Positions 41,844 to 51,562 of a stretch of DNA of 64,000 nt are shown here, piece after piece (the stretch's first letter is position 1; each line of letters starts with the position of its first letter). The stretch spans positions 96,001 to 160,000 of the forward strand of contig JAEOUA010000008.1 in assembly GCA_016839555.1 (NCBI GenBank), given 5' to 3'. The position numbers were made by a program, and so were the translations under genes. The notes under the pieces are model-generated. The model saw only the letters and a program-made list of their open reading frames with translations. It did no database searches and was not told the origin of the DNA. The stretch is from Promethearchaeota archaeon (GTDB lineage: Archaea; Asgardarchaeota; Lokiarchaeia; Sigyniarchaeales; SOKP01).

Positions 41844-44800
41844 TCATAAAAATTCATTAATTGCATCATATCCATCAGGAAATAATTCATTTATAAGATA
41901 GGTTTGGACAAAAAAATTATACCATAAAGAATAACATTTTCCATTAATTGCTTCTTTTACTCTATTCTTTAATCTTAACCATTTTTTATAAAATTTTATA
42001 TATCTATAATGATTATACCAATCTTGTTCTTTAACATCGGGATTTTTCCAATCGACCCATCTATCAGCGAACTCATAGATTGTTTCTTTATCTATACCTG
42101 ATAATAATTCTTTGCCTTCAATAACAATGGGATCCCATAATCCTATATCATTACCATTAAAATATTCATTATTATATATTTCATGATAATATCTTACTAC
42201 TTTAAATAGCTCTTCAAACTTTTTATAATAACTTTCATTTTTATCATATTTTTGAATCGAAAGATCAAACAGGAACTGCATACGAGTTCTTAATATATCA
42301 TTTAACATTTTTGACCTTATACTGGTTCGGTGTAATCTTGAGCCTAACCATCTGTGTGTTTCTTGTATCATTGGAATTAATTCAAAAACAAAACCACTTT
42401 TTTGATTTGGATCTCGACGGAAAATATATAAATATTTATAATCCTTACTAGAATGATGACGTATCGTTCCTTTTATTGTTATTAAAAATTCACAAGTTGC
42501 TGGATCTAATCCTAAAGTAATTCGAATTAAATAAAATAACTGGAACGTGTACATATTTATATTAAGCCATATTTTATCATGACTACCAAGTAAACCATAA
42601 TAAGATTTGTATTTCTCATATATTTGAATTATCTCAATAATTCGTTGAGCTTCATCTAAAATATGAGTATCTTTATTATTTAAAAATTCATTTTTAACAA
42701 AATTCTCAATAATTTGCCATGTATCTTCAGCAGTAATTTTTTCATATAAAGGGACGATTTTATCTGTAAAGAAGTTTTTAGCTTCTGTATATCCTTTAGA
42801 ATAAAATAAATAATTCAATTTTTCTATATTTAATATCTCACCATGAGTTTTATACCACAAAATAATAATTGCATAAGTAATCTTTCTAATATATGTATCT
42901 TGTATGGCGTAAATAGAAAAGTCATAATGACTTTCTCTCCATTTTATGATATCCCTCAAAAGATCTCCTTTAAAGGTTTTTGACTTAAAAGTACTTTTTA
43001 CCCATAATTCAATTTGAAATGCAATATAATCATCCATTTTAGAGATTTTTTTATCTTTTCTAAAATGTGCTGAGAAATATGTTTTACCTAGACCTACTTT
43101 TTCCCCAATTTTATTATAAGTAAGAATAACTCCATATTCTTGAAAATAATATGATTGAAGTTTTTTAAATATTAAAAACTCATCAAGATTAGTTTTTTTT
43201 ATATCAAAAATAGGAATTTCTTGTTTTTTTCTATTATTTCTATATATTGCTAGAGCTCTTAGGATTTGATTTCTTTCTTTATTCGATATTGAATTTTGAT
43301 CATTAATACTAAAAAGAAGCTCATAATGCTTTAATAATTTTCTTTTAAATTGATTATTTTTACTACTTTTAATATTATCTCGTAATTTATCTTCTCCAAA
43401 CCATTTCATGAATTTATTATTTTGATTATTAAACTTTTTATTAATCATTATATTCCTTGCAATTTCATTAATAATTTTTCCAATTATTTTTTCTAAAGAT
43501 GTTATTAGAGAGATATCTTTATTTTTTATAAAATTAGTATATAAAATTAAAAATAAATCAGCTTCTAATAGCAATTCCGATTTTTCTTTAGCATAAGTTG
43601 GATATTCTAATGAGGGGCAAGGTAATTTATAATATTCCCTATACCATTCTTTAAAGTAATTTGTAAACTTTTGATTAATAATTACAGGTTTATTAGGATA
43701 TTTTATCTTGAATATTTCAATAGGGGTTGAAAATGAATTTGGAATCTTATCTGGAGTTCCATATGTTCCTAGATTAGGTAAATTACTATCTGCAACCTCA
43801 AGATTAAAACTATTTTTTTTCGAATATGGTTTTTTTATTATATTGTTTTTACTCTTTTCCTTAATTATAGTTTTTGTAAATAAAGAATTCAATTCATTGA
43901 AATTAATTTTTCTTAAATTTTTTCTTAATTTTTCCTTATCTTTCTCTGATATTCTTTTTTTCTTAGTGATATCTATAATTTTTGATTTTTCTTTCAAAGT
44001 TAACTCTGTAATTTTATATAAATTTGCTTTTATAAAATCCATGAAATTTTTTTTCAAAAAGTATAGATAATATATAATTAATTTATCTTTTTGTAAAACA
44101 TTGTTTTTTTTATCTATTTCATTTTTTACCCATTTTATATAATTTTTAGTAATATTTTCTCTCCATATCGCATTCTTTCCTGTTCTTTTCTCAAATTTTT
44201 TCATTAAATCCGTCTTATCTTGTTTTAAATCGTTTATTTCCAAAAAATGGTTAGAGATCAATCTTTTTTTCTTATTAACTAATTTAATTTTTTCATATTC
44301 CTTTCTTAATGATTCTAATTCCGCCTCTAATTGCGATAATCTTGCGATTTCTCTAACTCTTGTATAAGCTATTTCGCTTAATTTGAAAAATCTTTCCAAC
44401 ATTAACTGTTTTGTCGATCTATAGAACTCCCAGCCCCATCGAATATATTGAGTGGTGTGATATGCAAAAACTGCACCAAAAATCTTAATTAAAGTTTCAG
44501 TCGATAATAGACTTAAAATATTGATGATTTCTTTCTCTTCATCTTTAGAGATCTCTCCCTTAGAAAGGATGGACTGAATCTTAGCTTCATTCTCTTGATC
44601 CAGATCTTTAATATTTAAGAGCTTTTTTTTGAGCTTTTGAGCCCAATCTATAGAGGAAATTTGACTAGTGGGAATTGCCGAAGGATAATAAAGGAGTCTA
44701 AAATAGAGTAATTTAGTAAAAAGGTGTCGTAAAAATTTAGCTTTCTCTATTAAAGCCTGCTCTCGTAGATGAGGCTTATTATAAAGGTCCTTAAAGGATT

Positions 44801-47555
44801 TAAGATTAATAAATAATTGTTTTTCAACATGGGAGACTTCTTTAAAAAAACCTTGAATAATATTAAGCTTGATAAGATCCCTTGTGGTTGCTTCTCCTTT
44901 GATAAATTTATCAATTAAGCTCTTACGAATTCTATGCATTCTTCTTAAAAAACTATATTTGCTTAAAATTCTCAATAATTCATACCTTTCATCTTCTGAG
45001 ATGCTCGTATCTTTAAGATGTTCAATCCAATCCCTTAAAGTTCTTTCCCATTCTTCTTGAAAGTCCTTTTCATTTACTTCTCTAAGTTCTCGTGCTATTT
45101 CTGATAGAAGGTCTTGGAGCTCCTCCCCTTCTAATTGTTCCTCTCTCCTTTTATCTTTCTCCTTCTGTTGCTCATTTTCTTCGGCTTCATCGAGAGCTTC
45201 CTGATCTAAAGAATCACTCAAGGGCTCCTTTATTTCCTTATAAACATCTATATTTTCCTTTTCTTCTGCTAAATCCTCTAAATGATCATTTTTTTGTGTA
45301 TCTGAAAGCTCTTCTTTTTTTCGATTTTCTTTTATTTGTTTCTCTTTTGTTAGCTTCTTTTTTTGTTCAATAGTTTTGGAATAATCATCGGTTAAGATTT
45401 TTGATTCTAAATATGAGGTCTCTTCAGCTAGATATCCCATCTCTTCTTCTACTTCTCTTTCCTTTTCCTTTTCTCTTTCCTTTTCCTTCTGGTTAAGATC
45501 CTCTTCTAAAATTTCTAATTCTTTTTCTGAATCATCTTTTACTTCCGAAATCAGAGTTGCATCTGTTCTCTGTTCATTTTTCTCTTCAATTACCATTTTT
45601 TCTTTTATATCTTTTTCATTATCAATCTCTGGATGAGTTCGCTCAAGTTCTGCTTTCTCATCATTACTATAATCAAGATCGTACAGCAGTTCCTCGAAAT
45701 CCGTAGGCTTTTCGGTTGTTTCCTCAATTATGTCTGAACCAGATTCTATGTTTTTTTTAGTATCCTCTATTGTTTCATCAATAAAATCTTGCTGAGTGTG
45801 TTCCCCTTGTGTTTCTTTTGTCTTCTCAGCTTCTTTGATTTCTTCCTTTTCTTTATTGATAATTTCTTTATAGGGGATGGGTCCTTCTAATTCACAATAG
45901 ATCTCCCGCACGATATTATTATTCTCATCATAAGAGCTTGTTTCTCCCTTAGTTTCTTGTTCCTTTTCTAGTTCCTTTTCTTTAATTTCCTGTTCCTTAA
46001 GTGATTTCACTACTTCTTTATCTTCCTCGGTATTTTCTAGCACATGTGGGATCTCTAATTTCTTAGCATTTGCTTTCTCAACTTGTTTTTCTTTCTCAGA
46101 AGTAGTTCTTTCTTTTGGGTTCTCATCTAACTCTCTTCCTTTATCTTTAAGAATTTCTGCCACCTCGTTGTCTTCTGCTGTATTCTCTAAAATGGACTCT
46201 ATTTCTAATTTCTTTGCATTTCCCTTGAATTCTTTTTCTTCTTGTTCATCTTGTTTGGAGCTTTCTTTATTCTCCTCCCTTATTTCTCTTTCATTTTCCG
46301 TAATAGACTCCCTAACTTCTGTATCCTCTGTAGTATCACCTAATACGGGATCTATTTCTAATTTCTTTGCATTCCCTTTAAATTCTCTTTCTTCATTCTC
46401 CCACTCTTTTTCCTCAAGTTCAGGATTTTCCTCTGATTCGGGTTCTACATCACTCTCTGAGGCTATTTCTTCAGATTCCGTTGCTTCTGGATTGTTTTCC
46501 ATCTCCCCTTCATTTAATTCATTCTCATGGTGGTTATTGTTTAACAATTCCTCTGTTCTTTCCATTTCTTCTCTGGAATTTTTTTCCGACTCTCGATCAA
46601 TCTCCAAGGCTTGCTCGATAGCTGAATCTAATTCTTTAAGCTCTGCAAATTTTTTATCATCAACCTCAATAAATCTTTCAACATCTAAATCCTCGGTTTC
46701 TTCCTCTGATGATGAAGTTTCTTCATCTTTTCCATAAGATTGCTCTTTTTCTTTCTCTTGCTCTTTAGATTCTTTTTCTTTTGATATTAAAGAAGAGGAG
46801 AGAGAGCCGGCAGGATTTTCTAACTCACTATTGCCCTCCTCCTCATGACCTTTTTCATCTGTTCTCTCTGAAGATGATTCTTCTTCAACATTCTCTTTTT
46901 CATTTATGCTTTTCTCTGCGGTTCCCTCATTAGTTTCTGGCTCATTTACTTCCTCTGTTATAGAAGTGCCCTCAATTTCCCTTATAAAATCAAGATTAGG
47001 TTCGAATGGATTATTTTTCTCAAATTCTTCATGAATATTTTCAAATATATCTGGATTAGGTTCAAATGGATTATTTTTCTCAAATTCTTCATGAATGTTT
47101 TCAAATATATCTAGATCGGGCTCGAACGGATTATTTTTTTCAAACTCTTCATGAATATTTTCAAATATATCTGGATCGGGTTTAAATGGATTATTTTCTT
47201 CATAATTCTCCTCGATGTTTTCTAATAAGTCAAGATTAGGCTCAAACGGATTATTTTTTTCATAATTTTCCTCAAAGTTTTCTAAAAAATCATTACAAAA
47301 CTCTGATTGACTATTTTCTTCGAAATCTGAATCAAGATCTTTATCATTATCTTCAAGATCATTATTATTTTCATTAGAATTACTCTCATTAGCATTATCA
47401 TTATCAAATTCTAAACCTGAATCAGAATCAATCCCTTTGCCAGAATCTGATTCTTTGGTTTCTTTTTCTGTTTCTTTTCCATCTGAAGGACTTGCGGCAC
47501 CACTTCCCTTTTCGTCATCTGCTTCACCACCAGTTTCATAGCTGCCTTCTACCAA
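41844..47555 (-). CDS. Giant (1903 aa) protein: acidic low-complexity repeat N-half, basic C-half with HNH-like motif
   Basis: Long ORF; 20-aa NNPFEP repeats; E/K-rich stalk; C-terminal LDPATC...IRHH...LIPMIQETH (function inferred). Confidence 0.8.
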   Translation of the reverse strand: MVEGSYETGGEADDEKGSGAASPSDGKETEKETKESDSGKGIDSDSGLEFDNDNANESNSNENNNDLEDNDKDLDSDFEENSQSEFCNDFLENFEENYEKNNPFEPNLDLLENIEENYEENNPFKPDPDIFENIHEEFEKNNPFEPDLDIFENIHEEFEKNNPFEPNPDIFENIHEEFEKNNPFEPNLDFIREIEGTSITEEVNEPETNEGTAEKSINEKENVEEESSSERTDEKGHEEEGNSELENPAGSLSSSLISKEKESKEQEKEKEQSYGKDEETSSSEEETEDLDVERFIEVDDKKFAELKELDSAIEQALEIDRESEKNSREEMERTEELLNNNHHENELNEGEMENNPEATESEEIASESDVEPESEENPELEEKEWENEEREFKGNAKKLEIDPVLGDTTEDTEVRESITENEREIREENKESSKQDEQEEKEFKGNAKKLEIESILENTAEDNEVAEILKDKGRELDENPKERTTSEKEKQVEKANAKKLEIPHVLENTEEDKEVVKSLKEQEIKEKELEKEQETKGETSSYDENNNIVREIYCELEGPIPYKEIINKEKEEIKEAEKTKETQGEHTQQDFIDETIEDTKKNIESGSDIIEETTEKPTDFEELLYDLDYSNDEKAELERTHPEIDNEKDIKEKMVIEEKNEQRTDATLISEVKDDSEKELEILEEDLNQKEKEREKEKEREVEEEMGYLAEETSYLESKILTDDYSKTIEQKKKLTKEKQIKENRKKEELSDTQKNDHLEDLAEEKENIDVYKEIKEPLSDSLDQEALDEAEENEQQKEKDKRREEQLEGEELQDLLSEIARELREVNEKDFQEEWERTLRDWIEHLKDTSISEDERYELLRILSKYSFLRRMHRIRKSLIDKFIKGEATTRDLIKLNIIQGFFKEVSHVEKQLFINLKSFKDLYNKPHLREQALIEKAKFLRHLFTKLLYFRLLYYPSAIPTSQISSIDWAQKLKKKLLNIKDLDQENEAKIQSILSKGEISKDEEKEIINILSLLSTETLIKIFGAVFAYHTTQYIRWGWEFYRSTKQLMLERFFKLSEIAYTRVREIARLSQLEAELESLRKEYEKIKLVNKKKRLISNHFLEINDLKQDKTDLMKKFEKRTGKNAIWRENITKNYIKWVKNEIDKKNNVLQKDKLIIYYLYFLKKNFMDFIKANLYKITELTLKEKSKIIDITKKKRISEKDKEKLRKNLRKINFNELNSLFTKTIIKEKSKNNIIKKPYSKKNSFNLEVADSNLPNLGTYGTPDKIPNSFSTPIEIFKIKYPNKPVIINQKFTNYFKEWYREYYKLPCPSLEYPTYAKEKSELLLEADLFLILYTNFIKNKDISLITSLEKIIGKIINEIARNIMINKKFNNQNNKFMKWFGEDKLRDNIKSSKNNQFKRKLLKHYELLFSINDQNSISNKERNQILRALAIYRNNRKKQEIPIFDIKKTNLDEFLIFKKLQSYYFQEYGVILTYNKIGEKVGLGKTYFSAHFRKDKKISKMDDYIAFQIELWVKSTFKSKTFKGDLLRDIIKWRESHYDFSIYAIQDTYIRKITYAIIILWYKTHGEILNIEKLNYLFYSKGYTEAKNFFTDKIVPLYEKITAEDTWQIIENFVKNEFLNNKDTHILDEAQRIIEIIQIYEKYKSYYGLLGSHDKIWLNINMYTFQLFYLIRITLGLDPATCEFLITIKGTIRHHSSKDYKYLYIFRRDPNQKSGFVFELIPMIQETHRWLGSRLHRTSIRSKMLNDILRTRMQFLFDLSIQKYDKNESYYKKFEELFKVVRYYHEIYNNEYFNGNDIGLWDPIVIEGKELLSGIDKETIYEFADRWVDWKNPDVKEQDWYNHYRYIKFYKKWLRLKNRVKEAINGKCYSLWYNFFVQTYLINELFPDGYDAINEFL
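46045..46395 (-). repeat. Three degenerate ~150-nt intragenic repeats (GNAKKLEI motif)
   Basis: EREFKGNAKKLEI, EKEFKGNAKKLEI, VEKANAKKLEI about 50 aa apart. Confidence 0.75.
46985..47291 (-). repeat. Intragenic 60-nt tandem repeat, about 5 copies
   Basis: Consecutive 60-nt sequence lines align; encodes (I/F)xEEFEKNNPFEPNLD units. Confidence 0.92.
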
Positions 47556-47582
47556 AGTTAAACACTCTTCATTATTTCATTT

Positions 47583-48473
47583 TTAATTTTTATGCGTAGT
47601 TTGATTATTATTTTCACTTATTTTAGTCTTACCATCTAAATTTTGTTTTATATTTCCTTTTTCCTTGAGTTCGCTTGAGGATTTTTGCATCTCTTGAATA
47701 GTTGATTCTGGAAAATGTGGTTGCTTAGTCTCTTCTTTCTTAGCAATAAGTTTTTCTTTGGTTTGCTTATTATTTATTACTAATGCTAACCATTCATCAG
47801 GTTTCTCAAAAGGATCAACTTCCCATTCGAACTTATCTGGTAGCCAGCTTTTAAGAGTATTAAGAGAGTTATATTCTTCGAATTCTTTGTCAAATCTATC
47901 TATAAATTCACTATTAGGCTTAAAAGGATTATTATCTTTGAATTCTTCCTCAAAGTTTTCTAACATATTGAGATTAGGTTCAAACGGATTATTTTTTTCA
48001 TAAATTTCCTTAAAATTTTCTAAAAAGTCAAGATTAGGCTTAAAAGGATTATTATCCTTGAATTCTTCCTCAAAGTTTTCTAATAAGTCAAGATTAGGTT
48101 CAAATGGCTTATTTTTTTCATAATTGTTTTCAAAATCTTCTAAAAAGTCTAAATAAGGTTTTAAGGGACTTTTTTCCTCAATTTTCAAATGAAAATCACG
48201 TGAAACATTTTTTGACATATATTCCTCCTGCAAATCACTATTTTTTTTATCTCTAGAGATTGTAACGCTAATTTTATTAAACATAGCTGATTTTTCAGGC
48301 TGTCCTGAGAAATCTGGATCAGGGTTAAATATTTCTGATCCAATTTGCTCTACTTCATCTGCAGTACTATGTTGGGCAAGGAAGTTAGCAAAAGAGTAGT
48401 CGTAGCGCCTCCACATATCACCTCCTTCTTCAGCCTCTTTTATTTCTTTCAATTCTCTTTTGGATTTCTTCAC
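47583..48473 (-). CDS. Hypothetical protein (296 aa) carrying the same 20-aa NNPF(E/K)PNLD repeat
   Basis: ORF with LENFEEEFKDNNPFKPNLD units. Confidence 0.75.
   Translation of the reverse strand: MKKSKRELKEIKEAEEGGDMWRRYDYSFANFLAQHSTADEVEQIGSEIFNPDPDFSGQPEKSAMFNKISVTISRDKKNSDLQEEYMSKNVSRDFHLKIEEKSPLKPYLDFLEDFENNYEKNKPFEPNLDLLENFEEEFKDNNPFKPNLDFLENFKEIYEKNNPFEPNLNMLENFEEEFKDNNPFKPNSEFIDRFDKEFEEYNSLNTLKSWLPDKFEWEVDPFEKPDEWLALVINNKQTKEKLIAKKEETKQPHFPESTIQEMQKSSSELKEKGNIKQNLDGKTKISENNNQTTHKN
47895..48170 (-). repeat. Intragenic 60-nt tandem repeat (about 4.5 copies, alternating 120-nt higher-order unit)
   Basis: Lines 47941 and 48061 nearly identical; homologous to the repeat at 46985-47291. 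Confidence 0.9.
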
Positions 48474-48487
48474 TTTAGTACCTCTTA

Positions 48488-50407
48488 TTATAATTTGCTA
48501 TCTATAGTTTTCATTACAAATCTCTCTCCACGTCCTCCATTCAAAACTAAAAGATTTCTATTTTGAAGGGATTTAAGAAACTCCTGCTCCTCCAAAATGT
48601 TTGTAAATCGCTCCACATCATCTTTTTGTTCCCGAAAAACAAAACTTAGGCTCACCAGCTTTGTTACGAAATTAAGTAAATCTGAGGGCGTCTGATCTAC
48701 TATTACAATTGAGGTTCCTTTTCCCCTAAATTCTTGTAGTAAATTTTTAAACACACTTCCTAATTGTCGACGTGAAATCATATCCTCTTCACTTATATTA
48801 CCCCTTGCATCTGCCACTAAATTATGAGCTTCATCTAGGCAAATCAAATATTTCAATGTATTTACTTCTTGCTCTGGAGTCAAAGCTTGTACCATCTGAA
48901 AGATTGCGTTCGCTAAGAGTCGTCGAGAATATAAATCAGCTGGATGGAGGTCGATGTATACATTTTTTCCCGCTCTCCATTCCTTAAACCATTGAGGAAT
49001 AAGATTATTTTCTTCCAGACGAGTGGTATCCATTAAGTAATCATCTACGAATAAACATTTCGTACGATTATTAAAAGCCTGTAAAACATCGGTTTGATAT
49101 TTTATATGGTATGGATTTTTTTCGAACCAATATACTACAGCATAAAATAATTCTGAGAGTGTGCTTGGTAAATGCCCTTTTATAAGAAAATATAAGCCCA
49201 TAATATTTACGAAGATTTTATTTAGTGGCTCCTCAAATCCTAATGAACCTGCCAGATAATCGGCCGTTTGCTGGAGACATTTGCTCCGATAAGCCCCATC
49301 TACATAATATGGGATTTTACAATCCGATGTCCCATAACGAACAATACGATCTACTGGAAATTTTCCCTCTTGGAATCCTTTTCCTACATTTATTATTAAA
49401 ATTCCGACCTCAGGGGCTTTTTTCGCAAATTGGCTACAAATTTGGCTGAGTAAGGTGGTTTTGCCAGTCTTCGGCATACCACAAATCAATACACTATGGT
49501 CAAAATCGTCTTTTGTCATACAAATTTTTTGAGAGGTTTCCACACCATTCTTCACATAATTCCCTAATATAAATTTTTTATCATCAAAATGGAGTGAATC
49601 ATAGATATTTTCCTTTTTAAAATAAGCAGCCTTTTGAAGAGGTAATTCAGGGAAAAAAATAAAATCAAAGCTGTGCGATTCTCCTCTACAAGTAAGAGTC
49701 TCGCCAATAAACACATTACTCGTCATAATTTTATTCCAGACACTCATTTCTTTTTTAATCCACTCTCCGTATTGAATATCTTTTCTAAAACCCATACTTA
49801 TGTACTGCAATCTCCCTAATAATTCATGAAGGCCGGTATCAAGGGATTTTTTTATAGGATTTATTTTTAAATAGATCTTTATATGATAGGGAGCAAGTGG
49901 TTCCCGTGCGGTTCTCCAAAAAATGTTGAATTGAACATTTAAGGATGTAAGGTATTTTGATAATGCAATCATGCGCTTAAAAATTATAAAGCGATTATTG
50001 GGATGAGCCTTAAATGCGGGAAATTTCAACTCATATAATTGAGCACCTTCCTCAAGTGGTGCATTAGTACTAGGGACCACAGACAAGGTTCCAGACAATC
50101 CGAGATAAGTATCCTCTAAAAAAGTAAGAAAAGTGTATCCTTTGATGGCTGCGTCCTTCTTGGATCGTTCTGTTATATAAAAAATGAGTCTAAATTCCCT
50201 TCCCATTTGTAGTTCCATACAATAAATCCTATTATGATCAGAAAAGGGATCTGCCAACCAAGATATTAAATAATCATATTTAGATTCATCTCCTAACGAT
50301 TTTAAATGATCTGAAGGACGGGAGGGTATCTGAGTTATTTCAATACGTGCTTGCCAATAACCCTCAAATCCTAATCGATTTTTAATGATCTCTGTATCTT
50401 TTATCAT
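48488..50407 (-). CDS. HerA/VirB4/TraG-type (FtsK-HerA superfamily) P-loop ATPase
   Basis: Walker A GMPKTGKT, Walker B LICLDEAHN, arginine-finger/Gln motif EFRGKGTSIVIVDQTPSDL. Confidence 0.85.
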   Translation of the reverse strand: MIKDTEIIKNRLGFEGYWQARIEITQIPSRPSDHLKSLGDESKYDYLISWLADPFSDHNRIYCMELQMGREFRLIFYITERSKKDAAIKGYTFLTFLEDTYLGLSGTLSVVPSTNAPLEEGAQLYELKFPAFKAHPNNRFIIFKRMIALSKYLTSLNVQFNIFWRTAREPLAPYHIKIYLKINPIKKSLDTGLHELLGRLQYISMGFRKDIQYGEWIKKEMSVWNKIMTSNVFIGETLTCRGESHSFDFIFFPELPLQKAAYFKKENIYDSLHFDDKKFILGNYVKNGVETSQKICMTKDDFDHSVLICGMPKTGKTTLLSQICSQFAKKAPEVGILIINVGKGFQEGKFPVDRIVRYGTSDCKIPYYVDGAYRSKCLQQTADYLAGSLGFEEPLNKIFVNIMGLYFLIKGHLPSTLSELFYAVVYWFEKNPYHIKYQTDVLQAFNNRTKCLFVDDYLMDTTRLEENNLIPQWFKEWRAGKNVYIDLHPADLYSRRLLANAIFQMVQALTPEQEVNTLKYLICLDEAHNLVADARGNISEEDMISRRQLGSVFKNLLQEFRGKGTSIVIVDQTPSDLLNFVTKLVSLSFVFREQKDDVERFTNILEEQEFLKSLQNRNLLVLNGGRGERFVMKTIDSKL

Positions 50408-50575
50408 ACTTTTTCTTTCACCTTTTTTATTTTTGTTTCAATTGTTAAATACTTTTGCTATTTACTTTTAAATAAAAAATTCAAATCATTTGTAAATCTA
50501 AAAAATATTTTTATAAGATCTATATAAACAAAAAAAGAAAGTGATTTTTTCTTTATCCCCCACTTTGAAAAACCT

Positions 50576-51394
50576 TTACCACTGTGCGGTGCCTTCATCT
50601 TTTTCCTTAGAATTATTGGATTTAAACCTCTTCTTATGCGGGTCTTCTGCCTTTTCTGTATCATAGGATTGGCGGCGCTCTTTAAAATGCTTATATAAGT
50701 GCCTTATGCCCTTGAATAAATATTTATAAACGTAATAAAACGCCCCTAAGAGTAAAAGAAACAGTGCTTCATGAGGAAATATCCATCCATAAATACAAAC
50801 TATTATGGTACCCGTAATAAAAGAGGGTATCAACAGGAAGATTTGATATAAGGTATAGGTAGGGTCTCTACTCACTGCTGCCCCAATGCAATATATGTCT
50901 TCTGCGGATGGCGCTATTCCCACTATTAATGAAATGATGACTAATAGAATAATGAGACAACCCCAGAAATCTAAATTCGCATTGAAAAGAATTTGGATTA
51001 AGGGCCATAGGATCCAGAAGAGAACGTACACAGGTGCGAGTGCCCCTAAAAGAGCTTGCAGAAAAGTAAAGGGACTCTCCTCATGAATATTTACACTTCC
51101 ATAATAGCTATATTTCTTCACCGTACCATGATTTTCTTTGTCCCATCCTAATAATTTAATCTCCCTCACAGGCGCTCCAGTTAGTTTACAAATAATTAAA
51201 TGCGCAAGTTCGTGAGAAGCGATCCCTAAAATAAAAAAAATACGCGCAAAATTTCTCACTCCATTGGACGCCTTATTTACTAATAAATATTTTACGATAA
51301 AGGAGATAAGGACAAAAATAATCATCGCAAAAAACCCATCAAATAGAATTGGAATAATTACTTCAAAAAGAGTGGTAAAAAATCCATTTTCCAT
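50576..51394 (-). CDS. Membrane-embedded HExxH metalloprotease (M50/M50B-like)
   Basis: GIASHELAHLIICKLTGA, GALAP, APSAED; multiple TM helices. Confidence 0.8.
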   Translation of the reverse strand: MENGFFTTLFEVIIPILFDGFFAMIIFVLISFIVKYLLVNKASNGVRNFARIFFILGIASHELAHLIICKLTGAPVREIKLLGWDKENHGTVKKYSYYGSVNIHEESPFTFLQALLGALAPVYVLFWILWPLIQILFNANLDFWGCLIILLVIISLIVGIAPSAEDIYCIGAAVSRDPTYTLYQIFLLIPSFITGTIIVCIYGWIFPHEALFLLLLGAFYYVYKYLFKGIRHLYKHFKERRQSYDTEKAEDPHKKRFKSNNSKEKDEGTAQW

Positions 51395-51562
51395 AGTTTT
51401 TAACCTATTTTAATTATTTTATAATCTAATCTTTGTTTGCTAGTATTCATAGAAAAATAGAAAATAGATCTATTTAAAAAAAAATTGTAGAAAGAAAAAA
51501 ATAAAAAAATCCTTAAATTAAAATCCCACGTCAAATAATGCATTATAATTCCTCTTATTCGT

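Noticed and set aside
46168-46737. Ser-rich plus-strand ORF and other antisense ORFs (e.g. 3743..4189, 6187..6897, 33804..34121, 38637..38891)
   Set aside because: Shadow frames opposite well-supported genes; their composition mirrors the sense-strand codons.
46985-48170. 60-nt periodic repeats as a CRISPR array
   Set aside because: No unique spacers; the units are in-frame coding repeats with synonymous variation, and no cas genes are in the window.
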